DNA of 64,000 nt, taken from positions 9,149,059 through 9,213,058 of the forward strand of contig CAVNZM010000002.1 in assembly GCA_963693365.1 (NCBI GenBank). The letters run 5' to 3'. The position numbers were made by a program, and so were the translations under genes. The notes under the pieces were generated by a model, which saw nothing but the letters and a program-made list of their open reading frames with translations, was not told the DNA's origin and did not search any database. Below are positions 1-15,581 of this stretch, one piece after another (within the stretch, counting starts at the first letter, position 1; each line of letters starts with the position of its first letter). The stretch comes from Amoebidium appalachense (taxonomy: Eukaryota; Protista; Ichthyosporea).

Positions 1-169
1 AAACTTGTTGTTTTCTCAGTAGGCCTATTTGATACTCGAAGGGTACACTGCAATGTTCCTGACTTCAGTATTATTATATGTATATTGCATTCGCAAGACG
101 TAGCTGTGCAGTTCATGATCAGTACACAAGAAGACTAATAATAACACACGCACACACTCGCTCTCTTTA

Positions 170-1260
<1,091 letters not shown>

Positions 1261-1799
1261 CCTACACAACACGTTAGTGCACTCAATGGCGCGCGCACAC
1301 ACACACAGACACCTGCTTAAATACACACATGCATAGGCCAGTGTACACACAAACACATACTGGAGAGATATGTGAGCTTACGTAGCTACCTCAGGCCAGT
1401 TTAAACTTTAGCCGAATAAAAACTGATCTGACATTTGCGTGTTTTCAAAGCTTAAAAAAACATGGTTTTTTGGTGGTGTGATTATCATGAATGCTTGTGG
1501 AGAAGCAAAGAACCGAAGGGCACTAGAGCTGGAAAAAGGCGAACCTGGAAAGAAACTGGGAAGAATTGCCCGGTTATAAGCTCGGCAATTATAAGTCCAG
1601 CAAACTGCAACACGATTGTGCGCAAACATGCAAACAAGAAGAGTCGTTCGCGATGGTGCAAACACACATAGGCTGTAAATCATATTAATTTAATATGTAG
1701 ATGTGTACCATGTTGGGTGGCCCCTACTGTTTGCCTTGGTGCCGGCACTTCATCATAGCTCACATATGCATGTATGTCGATGCCAAAAAGCACCGGTAC

Positions 1800-2026
1800 C
1801 TTCCCCCAAATATGATAGTATTCGGCCCGACCGAAGACGTCGCAAACGAATAGGCTTTTTGAGGTTTCCTTAGCAGATGTTTTTCACTGAAATGGGGCAG
1901 CGCTCTAGTCACTTTGAGTGACTGTCTCCCTGCGGCCCGGCTCAACATACCTTGTATGTTGCCGCAGGCGACAGTAGTCCCGCGGCGTAGTAGTGCCCGG
2001 CCACTTACGTAAGCCAGTGGGTACAT
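1800..2026 (-). CDS. possible first coding exon of a gene running leftwards, with a mitochondrial presequence-like N-terminus
   Basis: ATG ORF MYPLAYVSGRALLRRGTTVACG... is Arg/Ser/Ala/Leu-rich and almost free of acidic residues, with a candidate donor AG|GTACCG at 1800/1799. Downstream exons could not be linked. Confidence 0.3.
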
Positions 2027-3452
2027 AGCCCGGAGACACCGGTAACAGCGCTCACGCTCGTTCAGTATGCAGGGCTCAAATCATGTGCTCACAAAACAGC
2101 ACGACACGAGCTAGCTGCACCTCTATGTAGCTGCACCCAATTTTCACAACTTGACTCGGTTATATACGAGTGCACTTACCCACGGTCACCAAGTCACGGC
2201 GGGGAATAAACGGTTAGTTTGAAAACTCTAAAAGATCATCACCGCAGCTATGAATGCTGAGTGCTGCCCCCCCCCCCTCCCCCCCCCCCCCCCCTCCCCC
2301 CCCCCCTCCCCCTCCCCCCACCCCCAAAACAACAACAACCAATAACCACCACCATCACCACCCAAGGCCTCCTACTCTGGCCTTGCCACCACCACCCATC
2401 ACCAAAAAGAAAAGAAAAAAGAAAAGAAAAGAAAAGAAAAAAAGAAAGAATCTATTGTATACATAGTGCTATGTTCCTAACAATGGGCCTCCATATCACT
2501 TTTTATGTCCGATAAGTGATCTTGAAGTTTATCTGCAAGACTGAGTCACTCAAAAGCAATGAGCCTTCTCTAACAGAACGGCCTTTTTGTGTAGATGTGC
2601 GCCACGATGATGCCAAGTGCAAACTTTCATATGCCGGGGTTGGATTTTACTAAATCTTCTCGACATGTGGCACCGCATGCATCGGTGGGGTTAACGGGTA
2701 TATGTGTATGTGTACGTATGTGTGTAGTTGCGCATGTGTGGAGTTGGTATGTGTGTGCCCGGAAGGGGCAATGGTGGTAATATTGGCTGGTGTAAGTATG
2801 TCCTGGCAGTGCGAAGTTGCAAAGACGCCTGACAGAAACAAAGTGGAGACTTAGTTGTAGCTCAAGCTTACTCGGAGACGGTGTAGATCTAATACAGTAT
2901 GAGGTACCGGCCAAAACTTCCGAATTTCTAAGCGACGGTTATTTCAAACCTTTTGATGAAGCACACATGCCTGCATGGTGCTATTTGTATACGTGCAATT
3001 AAACGTTGAAAAAAGGACACACCAGCCGTGCACGGTGTTAAGGATCAGATAAACCTAACTCGTAATAGTAGTACTACAGAGTTTTCAATACAACTCAACA
3101 GTTTTGAGGCCTCAAACGGGACCAACCACAACTGTAATTGCTCAATCGTGTAAGGTCTTCCCCTCCACCTCAATCGTGTAAAGTCTTCCCCTCCCCCCGC
3201 TGCGTCCCCGCCACCCACCCACGAGGGAAAAAATGGGAAGAAATCGTTCTAAAACCATACAGCTCAGGTGCCTTTGTTCACACCACTCGTAAGGGTAAAA
3301 TGAGAGACACATTCATACAGAATCATTCACTAAAAACACCAAGAAGAAACTGTGAAGGGAACAGAGGGGAGAGGGGGGGGGGAGAGGCGGCGCGGGGGGG
3401 GGAGGGGGGGGGGGGGGGGGGGAGAACGAAAGAAACCTACGTAACCAGACTA

Positions 3453-4313
3453 CTATTCCATGTCCAATATTGGCTCAGACCGTGACTGGAACGGGTGCAT
3501 ACTGTTGAGCGGATGAAGGTGCATGCGCTGCTCACAAAACCTGCCAGCCAGTTTCTGAGCCGCCGGTGTAAACTCCAAATTCGAATTTACGATTGCCCCA
3601 TGTAAGCTCGGCGAGTGAGCGTAGACTGTTCTTCCTGCCTCTCCGTTCTCCCTTAATTTCTCTTCCCGTCTCCTAAACGAGCCGGTGGCAAACCTCGTCC
3701 ACCGATAGCGTAGTAGCATGTTTCTCGTTGCCGGGGCTGCTTTTGCGCTTGCTCTATCAGCCGCTTCCCTTGCCCTCTCGGCAGCCGCAGCTGCAGAGGA
3801 GTTCACCAAACCTCTAGTCCCTCCCTCACCATTGCTCCCGTTGCTCCCGGTCGAACCCAAGGCAGTCAACCGTCTTTTTAACCTCATTTTAGTTTTCACC
3901 AATTCGCCGTTCTCAAACTTTCCATATATGCTCACTGTCTCGGAGTCATAAGCACCGAGCAAAACCTTGCGACCCGCACCGTTCGGAAGGTCATCCCTGA
4001 AGCAGCCCTCGAACATGGTTCTGGATTCGAGGTCTACAAGCACGCCCACACCGTGCCTCTTTCCTTCCCTCCACTCTCCCGCGTATATACTCTTGCTTGT
4101 CACCATAATGCCCAGCCCGTGAAATGCCCCAGTCTCTTGAACCACGTGTCCATCGTAGAGCTTGGTTTTGCATGTTGATGCCAATTGCTTCCAGTCAGCG
4201 TTCAAAGTGCCCGATTCACGCTTTTCACTCGGCGTTGGACGACTCCCGAGGTGAAGATTCCGGAACATATTCCTTAGCCGGTCGGTAACCCCGTGGGTAG
4301 GAGACGAAACCAT
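3453..4313 (-). CDS. MORN-repeat protein (intronless)
   Basis: Tandem MORN motifs YDGHVVQETGAFHGLG, YAGEWREGKRHGVG, FEGCFRDDLPNGAG and YGKFENG. First ATG at 4313 (the ORF track starts at a TTG, 4343). Confidence 0.85.
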   Translation of the reverse strand: MVSSPTHGVTDRLRNMFRNLHLGSRPTPSEKRESGTLNADWKQLASTCKTKLYDGHVVQETGAFHGLGIMVTSKSIYAGEWREGKRHGVGVLVDLESRTMFEGCFRDDLPNGAGRKVLLGAYDSETVSIYGKFENGELVKTKMRLKRRLTALGSTGSNGSNGEGGTRGLVNSSAAAAAERAREAADRASAKAAPATRNMLLRYRWTRFATGSFRRREEKLRENGEAGRTVYAHSPSLHGAIVNSNLEFTPAAQKLAGRFCEQRMHLHPLNSMHPFQSRSEPILDME

Positions 4314-4830
4314 GTTTGCGGAAAATGGCAGAACTAACCCCAAGGAGTTTGATTCAAAAAGTGGTAGTTTCTAAACAACGAGAGCCATGATTACGTGTGA
4401 CTACAAAAAGGATAGAAAATAGCGAGCAAGTGGCTGCTAATCTCTCCGAAATCTAGGCTCCTTCTCAGTAGAACGATGTGAGAAACAGAAGAAAAACGAA
4501 AGGAACGAGGTTCGAAGGCAAGTTGTGCCCCTGTTTGGAAAAGCTCATGCAAGAGCACTACAGCGTAGCACCAACAGTCTACACTGGGCATAAATACATT
4601 CGTATCAACAGGTCTTCAAGCCAATTTTTTAAATTCTCACAACGGGAAGATCGAAAGAGAGGGGCGGCAACTGCGCTTCCATTTACCGGGGGCCGAACCG
4701 TTCAGTGAAAAGAAAAACATGCAGAAAGACGAAGTTCGAAGTGCCCGTGTTGTTACGCTTTAACAACCCAAGTTTAAGTCGAGTAAGATACTATCTACTA
4801 TCCAACTTAACAACGCTGACTGAACACAGA

Positions 4831-5066
4831 TGCACAGAATTAAAATACCAAATCGCCATGTCTTTATAAGCCTATCATGACCGTCTTTTGCTGTACAGTT
4901 TCAATCAAGGCTTACTGTGTGGGTCCTGTTTGAGAAGTTAAAAGTGCACAGAATTAAAACACCAAATCGCCATGTCTTAATCCTATCATGACCGTCTTTT
5001 GCTGTACAGTTTCAATCAAGGCTTCCTGTGTGACTCAGTGAGTCCTGTTTGAAAAGTGAAAAGTGC
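4831..5066 (+). repeat. direct tandem duplication, about 114 bp x2
   Basis: tgcacagaattaaaa.accaaatcgccatgtct...ctatcatgaccgtcttttgctgtacagtttcaatcaaggctt begins at 4831 and again at 4945. Confidence 0.95.
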
Positions 5067-5122
5067 GCGCTTTTCCCAGGACGAGCACTAAGCCTTCCAA
5101 ATATGGATTGTTTAGAGTGTTC

Positions 5123-5185
5123 TGATTGGACGTCATTAGTTGCGACTAACTCATGAGCTTTGGCCAATCAAGGCGTGGTTTTGAA
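5123..5185. promoter_or_regulatory. CCAAT-box pair plus TTTGAA motif upstream of the MORN gene
   Basis: GATTGG at about 5124, CCAATC at about 5164 and GGCGTGGTTTTGAA at 5172-5185, about 0.8 kb upstream of the MORN start. Function is inferred. Confidence 0.3.
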
Positions 5186-5967
5186 GAGGGGTGGCTGATG
5201 CTATCGTTTGAAAGTGTGCTCGTGCCCCGCACATACATGAAGAGAGGATGGCTTTCGTATATAATTTATTTATAATGTTTTATACAGAGAATATAATATA
5301 ATATAATGTTTAATAAGATTAGTTACGACAGAGGCTTACGAAAATGTTGTACCCTTATTCAGATGTGTCATGACTTATGCGCTATCTCAGCGACTTTGGC
5401 GCTTTGCCCCATCTCTGTGGTATTTTTTAGCATGCATAAGACATATCGTTGGCCGTTGCGTAGATCAAACAAAACTTTATATCATCTAAGTATCAACCTC
5501 ACTCTATAGGTAGCTTGTATTGCTGAAGCATGTACTAATATTAAAAATAATACACTGAAAACATTTTTTACGGTGTTTCTTTATGCAAATTCAGTCAACA
5601 ACTTGTAATACAAAGGCCAGGGCGGCAGATCGGATCTGATCGATATCATCATAATTAGCCACCGGTCTCCTGATTGGCTCCCGCAAAATGCACCTAGCAT
5701 AATGCGAACACGTGCACATGTACATGTATGGTGCACGTGTTACCCTGTGACACTGTACTCTCATCTGCTCATACAGTTATGAAACGGAACACCGGGGCTA
5801 CAGAAAATGTCTTTAAATGCACGTTTTAAAACTAAAAATAATGCTTTGCGCTGATTGTCAGAAAACACAGGCACACAGGCATCAGATGATTGCGCGATGA
5901 CTGCGCATCCATGCGCATGTGGTCGTGGGGTTGCCATGGCACATCGTTCTATATAACAACTGCTCAC

Positions 5968-6169
5968 CTGATGTTGAACTCTCTCGGGGGTTGCACGACA
6001 ACTGGGCCACTATGCTCGAGGCATACACGCTCATACACACCGGGTATTGCCCTACAACCATATACATGCAACATCTTTCAAGCTTACTTGCCCACAAAAG
6101 CCTGGTTTGCTTTCACCCTGAAGTGACAGTAAAACGTCAAACACACAACTGTGCACGCACACACGCACG

Positions 6170-6201
<32 letters not shown>

Positions 6202-6710
6202 ACACACAACACACACACACACACGCACACGCACACACGCACAGTCACAAACATACCCACGCACGCACTCATGCACACACGCATGCACCCACGCACTGAC
6301 GTTTGCGCACGCACGCACGCACACGCACACGCACACACCGTGTACACACACACACGCACACACTTACACACACCGTGACACACTAACACACACACACACA
6401 CACACACATGTGCACACACTGGCACGCACTTACAAAGACGCGCGCGCTGGCACACACGCACGTACGTGTACGCCCTATGACGCCAGAGTTCCACACACAG
6501 GCCTCGCCATATCCATGCATGGCCATGGGGCTGGCTACCAACCCATAAAGACCTGGATATGGAATGATTTTGAAGGGTGACCATACTATGTAGTAATACG
6601 CATGCATGAACACAAACAAACAGTGACACAGTAATTTTCTCACACAGACATACACACACACATACGTGTCCGCGCACACGCAAAATCACGCACACACACG
6701 CACACACACA

Positions 6711-6754
<44 letters not shown>

Positions 6755-6800
6755 GCGCACAGTCACACACATACACAGAGACACACACATACACACACAC

Positions 6801-6839
<39 letters not shown>

Positions 6840-7731
6840 AACACAGAAACACACACACACAAACAGACAAACACGCGCGCGCGCAAACACACACACACAC
6901 ACACACACACTCATACATATGTTGACACACAGCCGCGTGCGTATATTTCAGAAAAAAGAAACCCGTGCCACATCTCCACATGTGATATTAGTATATCATG
7001 ATGTCGCAATTACTCGGAGCTCTTATCTAGTTATAGCCCTTCCAGCTTGTTCAACTTGGTGAATGAAAAGTGCGGGCTTCGTGCGAAGGAGCCAGGAACC
7101 CGGGAAAGGGGGAGGTGGGGTTACATGCACTATTACTACAACACAGGGCATTATAGAGCCAGGGGGGTGGGGGGGTGGGGGGAGGGGGGGACGTGCTGTT
7201 TGCTGTTATGCTGTGATCACGGGCCGGGCAAAAAAAAAAAAAAAACAGTTCAACGAGTCCAATAAATGAGTGGGACACAGCTCTCTATATGGCAGCTGCT
7301 TTTTGCACAACCTGACCGGCTTGCCACAGGGTGAGCTGCTGGTGGTGTGTGCGCGCGTTTGGGGGAGAGAGGGGGGGGGGGGGGGGGGGGGAACAGTAAA
7401 TATCGATATCCCCCCCCCCCCCCCCCCCCGGGACCCCGTGCGTGTGCCTGATGGCCAAGCATCTCTTTTCCATAGTGACCCATCACATGCTGTATTCGTA
7501 ACGGTCAACTAATACGTATACTAAACTATGAATCATTGCACATGATCAACCTGCAGTGTTCGTGACTGTGCGTGTCTGTATGGCTGGGAATGTGTGTGTG
7601 GTGTACGTGGGTGCCACACAATGAGCGCTCATTTCTTGTGCGCATCGCTGATTTGTGCGTTCTATGTGCAAGTGTAGTACATGTTTTGTGTGCATATACG
7701 CCCCGCCCAACCCTCCGAGAGATGGGGAGAA

Positions 7732-7769
<38 letters not shown>

Positions 7770-8540
7770 AGCTCGAGCTTATGACCGGACGGTGCAAAGT
7801 AGCCTGAATTTCAGGTGATCAAGGAGTCCTAGTAGTAACCTTCAATGCTTACTAAAGTTTGGAACTTATATATACAAACCGCGTATGTGATCAGTTTTAA
7901 GATTCATATCCAATGATATATTTGTCATGGCAGCCTGTGGGGTGGGTAGATCCCCCCAACCAGGTAGTAGCCGGAGGGGTGGGTTGGTCTACCCTCCCCC
8001 CTCCCCCCCCCCCCCCTCCCCCCCCCCCCCCCCCCCCCCCCACCCCCACCCCCCAAAGTTCTTCTTCGGCCTTTTCAGAATCAAGAATCTCTTAGGGCAG
8101 CTATCCAGGGTGGAACCTGCAGACCTTTTTTATTTTTTTATTTTTTTTATTTAATCCCGTTTTGTTCCCGGAGGGACCTCTTGGGCCCACAGGGGGAACT
8201 ATCGTCTTCCACCCAGCACCGACAGTACTCTAGCTAGGGTGCTACGGTATTATTAGCTAAGCCAACACACCCTTAAACAATCCTAACTATTTGCACACAC
8301 TTAGCTCAGGGTATTCACCCCAGGAAACCTGCAGACCCGGATGGGATGGTTGTGCGTGTGTTGCCTGGAAGATGGGGGTGGGGGTGGGGAGGCTCTATTA
8401 GTGCTGTGTGGTACTTTTGAAATTCTAATGTTCGGGATTTTTGGTTTTGAACCGGGTATGAGAGTGGTAGTAATCTGTGGGGAGGGGGGCGGGGTCCAAA
8501 TCCCCCCTTGGACCTCCGGGCGGGCGGGCGGGCGGGTGGG

Positions 8541-8575
<35 letters not shown>

Positions 8576-9358
8576 ACCTCCTTACTGGGGTAGCGGGAGT
8601 GGGAAGGGGGGGTGGGGGGGGGGGGTGGGGGGGCACCGGTACCACCCACCTGAGTACTAGGTTGGGGGGAGGGAGGGGGGCTGGGGGTGGGGAGCCCCAC
8701 CCACCCCACAGGGTGCAATGACTATTATAGTTAGATAACCTGATCATAATAGTACGGTTTACATATAAGTTCCACAACAATTAACAATGAAGGACACTAT
8801 GTATGCAAGTCTTTCCTTGATCATCTGGAACTCAGACTTACACCGGTTCCCTCAGGTCATATGCTCGTCGAGCTCGGGCTGCCCCCCTGCCCTCCTCCGG
8901 GCCCGGGAAGGGAGGTAGGATAGGTGGGGGGGGGGGGGGGGGGAAAGGGGGATCTCTCCGTGGGCGGGACGCGCTTCCAGCCTGCGCACCTGGCGCAAAC
9001 ACACACGCACACACTTTCACACGTATCTAATTCACACGAACCGGTACCTGCACACACATGTACCACACACACACACGCGCGAGGTGCACAAACCCGAGAT
9101 AGTGATGCGCATGTTGACTAAACATGCAGATATATATACTGTACGTAACAGCAACTCACACCACACCACGAACATACTTGCACGTGCACATACATTCCCT
9201 GCCACACCGACACGCACACGAACACTTCAAGGTGGGCACCGGCGCAATGATTTATAGTGCAGCACTGAGTTGACCGTTTATACTCGAATACAGCCTTTGG
9301 TGGATGGAAAAGAGATAGTATAATTTTTGGCCTTCATCGGCACACGAGGGGTGTGTGT

Positions 9359-9428
<70 letters not shown>

Positions 9429-10266
9429 GGGGGGGGGGGGAGGGGGGGAGGGGGGAGGGGGGGAGCATTGCAGTTATTTTTATGATAATGGGTGTGTGTA
9501 CCAGTTCCCATGCTGTACACCCGGGGTCGGCAAGGACCCAGCTTTTGGGCTTGAGCACGTATTGCACCCACATTCCACGAGCCACGGTATTGATTAGCCC
9601 AAAAACAATGTCACTAATATTAGCTTGGCAGATGTGCACACAGTGTGACTGTGTGCGCATACGCGCGCATGCATATACACTAGCACTGCGTGCACATCAT
9701 GACAGTGCACGATCGCACTTTTCAATGTGTGTGTTTGCACGTGTGCCATGCGGCGTGTTAACGTGATATAATAATTTGGATTCGTGGTCTTCCTCGCCGA
9801 GGGAAAGCTAGGAACTCCAAAGTGGTTACGCACGGAACTGTGTGAACATAGCGCATGGAGGGGCCACTCTCTGGTTGGCTCGATATCACGTGACTCCCTC
9901 CCCCTCCCCCCCCCCCCCCCATTAATCTACAAATCCCCCCCCCCCCCCAAAAAAAAAAAAAACTCCGGGCAAATTCGTGCACGCGCACACATTTGCAACA
10001 CGAACAACCACATGTACGCACGGGCCCACTCACCCCAATACCCAAGCATGCACTGTAACACATCGATCGCGATGTCTAACACATGCAGTAACATGCAACA
10101 TATGTATGCAATTTCAAAACGGGTTCTCCAGAGGTTTTCTTTGACTATTCCTGACAGTGTGTGCATGTATGGGTACCACCGTGGCATTGCATCATGATCA
10201 AAACGACACCCTGGCACCGGTGCATTCCACCTCTTATATCGTAACATTGAACACCTACCCCCTCGG

Positions 10267-10299
<33 letters not shown>

Positions 10300-10377
10300 A
10301 CCACATACACACTAAGAAAGAAAGAAAGAAAGAAAGAAAAGAAACCCAACCACCACGACCACCATCACCAACACACG

Positions 10378-10415
<38 letters not shown>

Positions 10416-11274
10416 AGGCTCTCGGCAACACGCAAGAACATATCTCATACATTTCACAAATGACACATGCAGCAGCAGCGAGCCCACGGAAAGCAGATGA
10501 TGAAAAGTAGCCCCTTTTATTTATGTACGTACGTATACAGAGATTCGCATTGACACGTGTATCTCTATATACCCAAATCATTTCTATGGAAGTGTCATTT
10601 ACGGCAAATCAATTTGTTTCACCCATATATGGGTAAATCTGGTCCAGTACCCGGCCCCGAGCGGTGCTACAGTAATAATACTGCTAGCACAGCAATTTTC
10701 TTCTTTTTTTTTCTTAGGCACACCTGCATAATGCATCCAGTGCATATTAAGCAAGTGCAAGTTAGTAATCAATATTCCTACTTTTTTTTATTGTTTTATA
10801 AAAACTTTTTTTTATATTCCCACACATTTATTTGCCTAGTGCAATGCTAGTGGGCAGAATTTAGAATTTTTGAAGTACACAAGCCACATGAAATCCCTTG
10901 TCACCAGAAAACACAGGATTGCCAAGTGTTTCGACTCGACATATGCGAAATACGAGTCTTAGGGCATTATAAATTAATTAAGATGTGTGGGTTTTTCTGC
11001 TTTCGACACACGCAAAGAAAATAAAATATATTTTTTCAATTAATTGGGAAAAAAGGGAAAGGAAAACGATGCCTAAGACGCTCCGATGATGACAACACCC
11101 AGGGTATGTCTAACTGGCACGGCAACTTGATTTCTTGAGTAATCAACAGAATACGGAATGACTGCAGTTTATTACCCTGTGGGTGAGAACACAAGAAGTC
11201 ACCAGCGCGTGTTAAAAATACCAAGTCACCAAAGTTAAAACCAGCTCCATTATTGACTACTACAACAACCTGGC

Positions 11275-11312
<38 letters not shown>

Positions 11313-11403
11313 GCCCACCACACCCATCCCCCCCCAGGCAAACAGGACCACCGCAATCCATTCGTTTCCATTCACCATTGTAGGCCTGTCCGTGAGCCAC
11401 CGA
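5968..11403 (-). CDS. possible uncharacterised spliced gene (model unresolved)
   Basis: Islands of complex sequence with splice-like borders between microsatellites. Examples: RWLTDRPTM|VVVVVNNGAGFNFGDL|GNKLQSFRILL at about 11400-11100, and phase-compatible pieces at about 6470-6550, 6088-6117 and 5968-6051 (...VKANQAFVGK|AIPGVYERVCLEHSGPVVVQPPREFNI). No full model or family recognised. Confidence 0.3.
7771..8876. mobile_element. foldback/MITE-like element with long diverged inverted repeats
   Basis: About 7771-7990 matches the reverse complement of about 8640-8876 in collinear blocks: gctcga..gc.tatgacc, ctga.tt.cag.tgatcaagga, ccttca.tg, tggaacttatat, aaaccg, tgatcag, gtcat.gca.cctgtggggtgggt. 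No coding capacity seen. Confidence 0.6.
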
Positions 11404-12032
11404 CTGGATTAAAACTTGGCCAAACTTTTTCAATCGATCATATGGATCCGGCCTTATCCATCGATTATGGCGGTGTTCCTACACACTAAGCCTAGACATC
11501 CTTAGCGCAGAATACGCAGCATGAAGAAAGGCAATTTTAAATACCATTTGTTGCCTAGCGCGACGCGACACCGCAAACTTCTTATAAGTAGAACTCGGTT
11601 CAACCAGTTCAACTTAGCCGCTGCGAGTAAGTAAATTTTGGTTCGCCGCAATCTGATCGAGCGAAGGTCAAATGCCGCGGGCTGCGACGCCGCCTTCAAA
11701 GGGGAGAAAAACACTGCTGTACTTACAATAGTAAAACTTTGCGGTTTAGCGTTGCGCTTAGGAATCAATGTACCAATAGGCACGTATTATTCTCCTGCGT
11801 TGTTTGTGAGTTTTTGGTTAGGTTCTGACAACTTTAAGGTGTCGAAAATCGAAGAAAACCGCCAGCGACATAGTAATTTTTGTTCTTCGCTGGCGAAAAT
11901 TTAATCCCTTGCGATTTCAGTCGGCCGGCGGTGGAGAGGTCTATGTATCCCCCCCCTCCCCCCCAAAAAACACACACACACACACACACACACACCACCA
12001 CCACCACCACACACACAATCACATACACACAG

Positions 12033-12093
<61 letters not shown>

Positions 12094-12151
12094 CCAAAAA
12101 AAACAAAAAAAAAAAACCAAAAAAAAACAAAACATACCTCTCTAGTTGCAA

Positions 12152-12713
12152 CTAGCGCAGGTATGCGGTGTATACGGGGTTATGTGTCTCATCAATGTAG
12201 CGGTAGCCCAGTTCGTCCAGGAACTTGGAAAACGCTGGCCGGTCAGACGGTTGGACCTGTGGTGGTGTTTCACGTTCAGTAATGCAGGCGCCCGGGGGGG
12301 GGGGGGGGGGGGTTGAATGCGTTATAAGATACTAAGTACACATGAACAACGGATAACACGATGCAGAGTGCAAACCATACATAAAGAGTATGCGTAACAA
12401 GCAGAGCCCATCCTCAGGGGGGTGGGCGGGGAGTCAAATGTATTATCAAGTACGAATTACACATTCTCGACGGACAACACTATGCGGAAAATGCAGAACA
12501 CAAAAGAGAGTATGCGCCAGAAGTAGAGCCCATTCTTTAAGAGGGAGGGAGGGAGGGAGGGAGGGGGGGGGGGGGGGGGGGGGGGGGTCAAGTTATCGAC
12601 AATATCCGAAAGCAAAGAGGGTGAGGTTTGGGGAGGGAGGGAAGAGAAAGATGGGCGGGGGGGATGATACACACGATGAACAATATGCAGCAGGTGGTGG
12701 TGATGGTGCTGCA

Positions 12714-12747
<34 letters not shown>

Positions 12748-12764
12748 AGTGCGAGTGCGATGTG

Positions 12765-12815
<51 letters not shown>

Positions 12816-12963
12816 ATGCGTTCGTGTTTTGTGCATGCTTTTGGAGGGGGGGAGGGGGACGTAACATACCTGCATGCCTACTAGGACCTGGCCCACGTCT
12901 GCACCGTGGTTGCGGTAGTGGAACTGTAGAAGACCAAAAACGTCAGTCACTTAGCCATCCCCC

Positions 12964-13003
<40 letters not shown>

Positions 13004-13575
13004 ACACACACAAAAAAAAAAAGTGTGACCCCTGTTTGTATGTGCGCTAAGTCATTAGGGCCAGAGAAGGGCAAGGGAAAGGAGGGGAAAAGGTGCTCCG
13101 GCATACAGATTAAAAGACGTGCAAAGGGGACCATCGGAGTACGCAACACCAGTCCTCGTGGCAGCGCATATGTGGTTGTGTGTGTGCGTGTGTGTGTGTT
13201 GTGTGCGTGTGTGGGGGGGGGGAAGGAGTGTGGGGGAGTGGGGGGAAAGGTTCAATAGACCATCGACAAAAGCAGGGAGCCCATTCCCTACCGGGAAAGA
13301 GGAGCTTTGGGGATTCCATGCGCACGAGAGGTGGGAAAGGGAGATGGAGAGAGCATGTATAGTGGGCATACTTGTAGGTGTGTCTTTGTACTTTTGTGTG
13401 GGTGGGTGTGCGCATGTGTGTCAAGTGAGTGTGTGCACACGCAGATAGGATGGACGTGCGGATGCGTGCGTGTGGATGGTGTAACGAGAGGGAATGCAGG
13501 GGGGGAGGTGTGTGTATGTGTGTGTGTGTGTGTGCGCGTGTGTACGCGCTTGCTATCTGTTTGTGTCTGTTTGTG

Positions 13576-13621
<46 letters not shown>

Positions 13622-14190
13622 TGCGTGTGTGCAAGTGTGTGTGTGTGGGGGGGGTGGGGATTTTGGGGCAAGAACGGGGGCGAGGAGGGGGGAGCAAATC
13701 ATTACCAAGCTGATGTTCCATGTGCTTCCCATGTTCCGGAGGAAACGGCCAATGGCACCGGGCATCTCGGGGAACTCAAACCGGTACATCACCTCGTTTT
13801 CGGCCTGAAAATATGGAAAATCAATATTAGGTTAAGGGCCTTAAGAAAAGTGAGGTTTCGTTGTCGGCCTGCCAAAAAATGCAAATGTTCTTATAGCTTT
13901 TGCAGGAAGGAGCACTGCAAAAAAAGAAAAAAACAGTTCAGTGGGGACCAGAGTTCTTTCGTGATTCATCAGCTACGTTTTTGGCCCCACTTCATGGCCT
14001 CACTCCTTCCTCACACCGAACCTCATGTGCTCGTGCGTGCATGTGCACACATGTCAGTGCGTGTAAGAACCAGCCAAACCAACCATGTGGAGATGACACG
14101 TCCCACGGACATCTTTAATGCCCCCTTTCCCGTCACATACACACATTTACAGATTCGCCTACACCCTCCCCTTTGCCCCTTTCGTGTATC

Positions 14191-14225
<35 letters not shown>

Positions 14226-14591
14226 TTCTCCCCCCACAAAAAAATCTCCCCCCTTGGATCGTGGTCAAGCAGCACCACACATTATCACAAAGGAATACTT
14301 GCCAAGCAGCAATCCCCCCACGGCCTCCCCCCCCCCCCCCCCAAAAAAAAAAAACACACACACACACACATACACAAAAATACACACACATGCACACCCA
14401 CCCATTCCCACAACCCCTTCTTGTTCGTAGGCTATAAAATAACCCAGACCAAACCACCAAATCAATCCAAAAGTTTCCCCAACACAACATTACATCTATC
14501 ATAATGCCGAACGACCCATCCATATGCTATGCAAGCATCTATACAAACGTTTCCCCCAATAGAACATTTATTATCAATATGCCCCCCTCCC

Positions 14592-14638
<47 letters not shown>

Positions 14639-14946
14639 AAAAAACAAAAACAAAAACAAAAAAAACAAAAACAAAAAAACAAAACATGTGTATGCAAGCA
14701 TTTATAATTACGTACGTCTGAGCGGCCGCCAGCCAGGTAGCGTGCATGAGCCTTTGCCAGTTCGTTGCCGGTCAGGTCCAGCGCATCCATGCCCTGTGCC
14801 TGCAGATGCTCAACTACCTGCTGCACCTCTGGACGTGTACGCGTGCGTGTACGTGTATGTCCGTGTGTGTGTGTGTGTGTGTGCGTGTATGTGTACGTGT
14901 GTGTATGTGGGATGGACGGGGGAGGGGGAGGGGGAGGGGGAGCAGG

Positions 14947-14993
<47 letters not shown>

Positions 14994-15194
14994 AAGGGAG
15001 AAGAGGGGGGGAAGAGAGGTGGATGGGGTCGGTGGGTGGGTGGGTGGGTGAGTGTGGTGGTTGCATGTACGTGTGTGTGTGTGTGTGTGATTTTTCTGTT
15101 TTTCATTTTCATTTTGTTTTATTTATTAAAAAGCAAACTTTGGGGGGGAGGGGAGGGGGAGAGGGGGATGTATGGGCATTGCCGTGGGTGACGG

Positions 15195-15246
<52 letters not shown>

Positions 15247-15508
15247 CGCGTGCGCGTGTATGTGTACGTGTGTGCATGGGTGGGTGACACCTCTTTGCCT
15301 GAGTGTAAGGATTGACTCATGCTTGCACGCATAAGTGGTCGCCATGCGCATGTGTGTGCAAGTGTGGAATAAGTGGATGTGTGTGCACATGTGTGAGGGT
15401 GTTCATGTATAATAGTGTGACTGGAGCTTATGCTCGTCTACTATTCACTGTCTTTCTGGTGGAGCAATTGTTTGCGCCCCTGTGTGTGTGTGTGTGTGTT
15501 TCTCTCTT

Positions 15509-15581
<73 letters not shown>

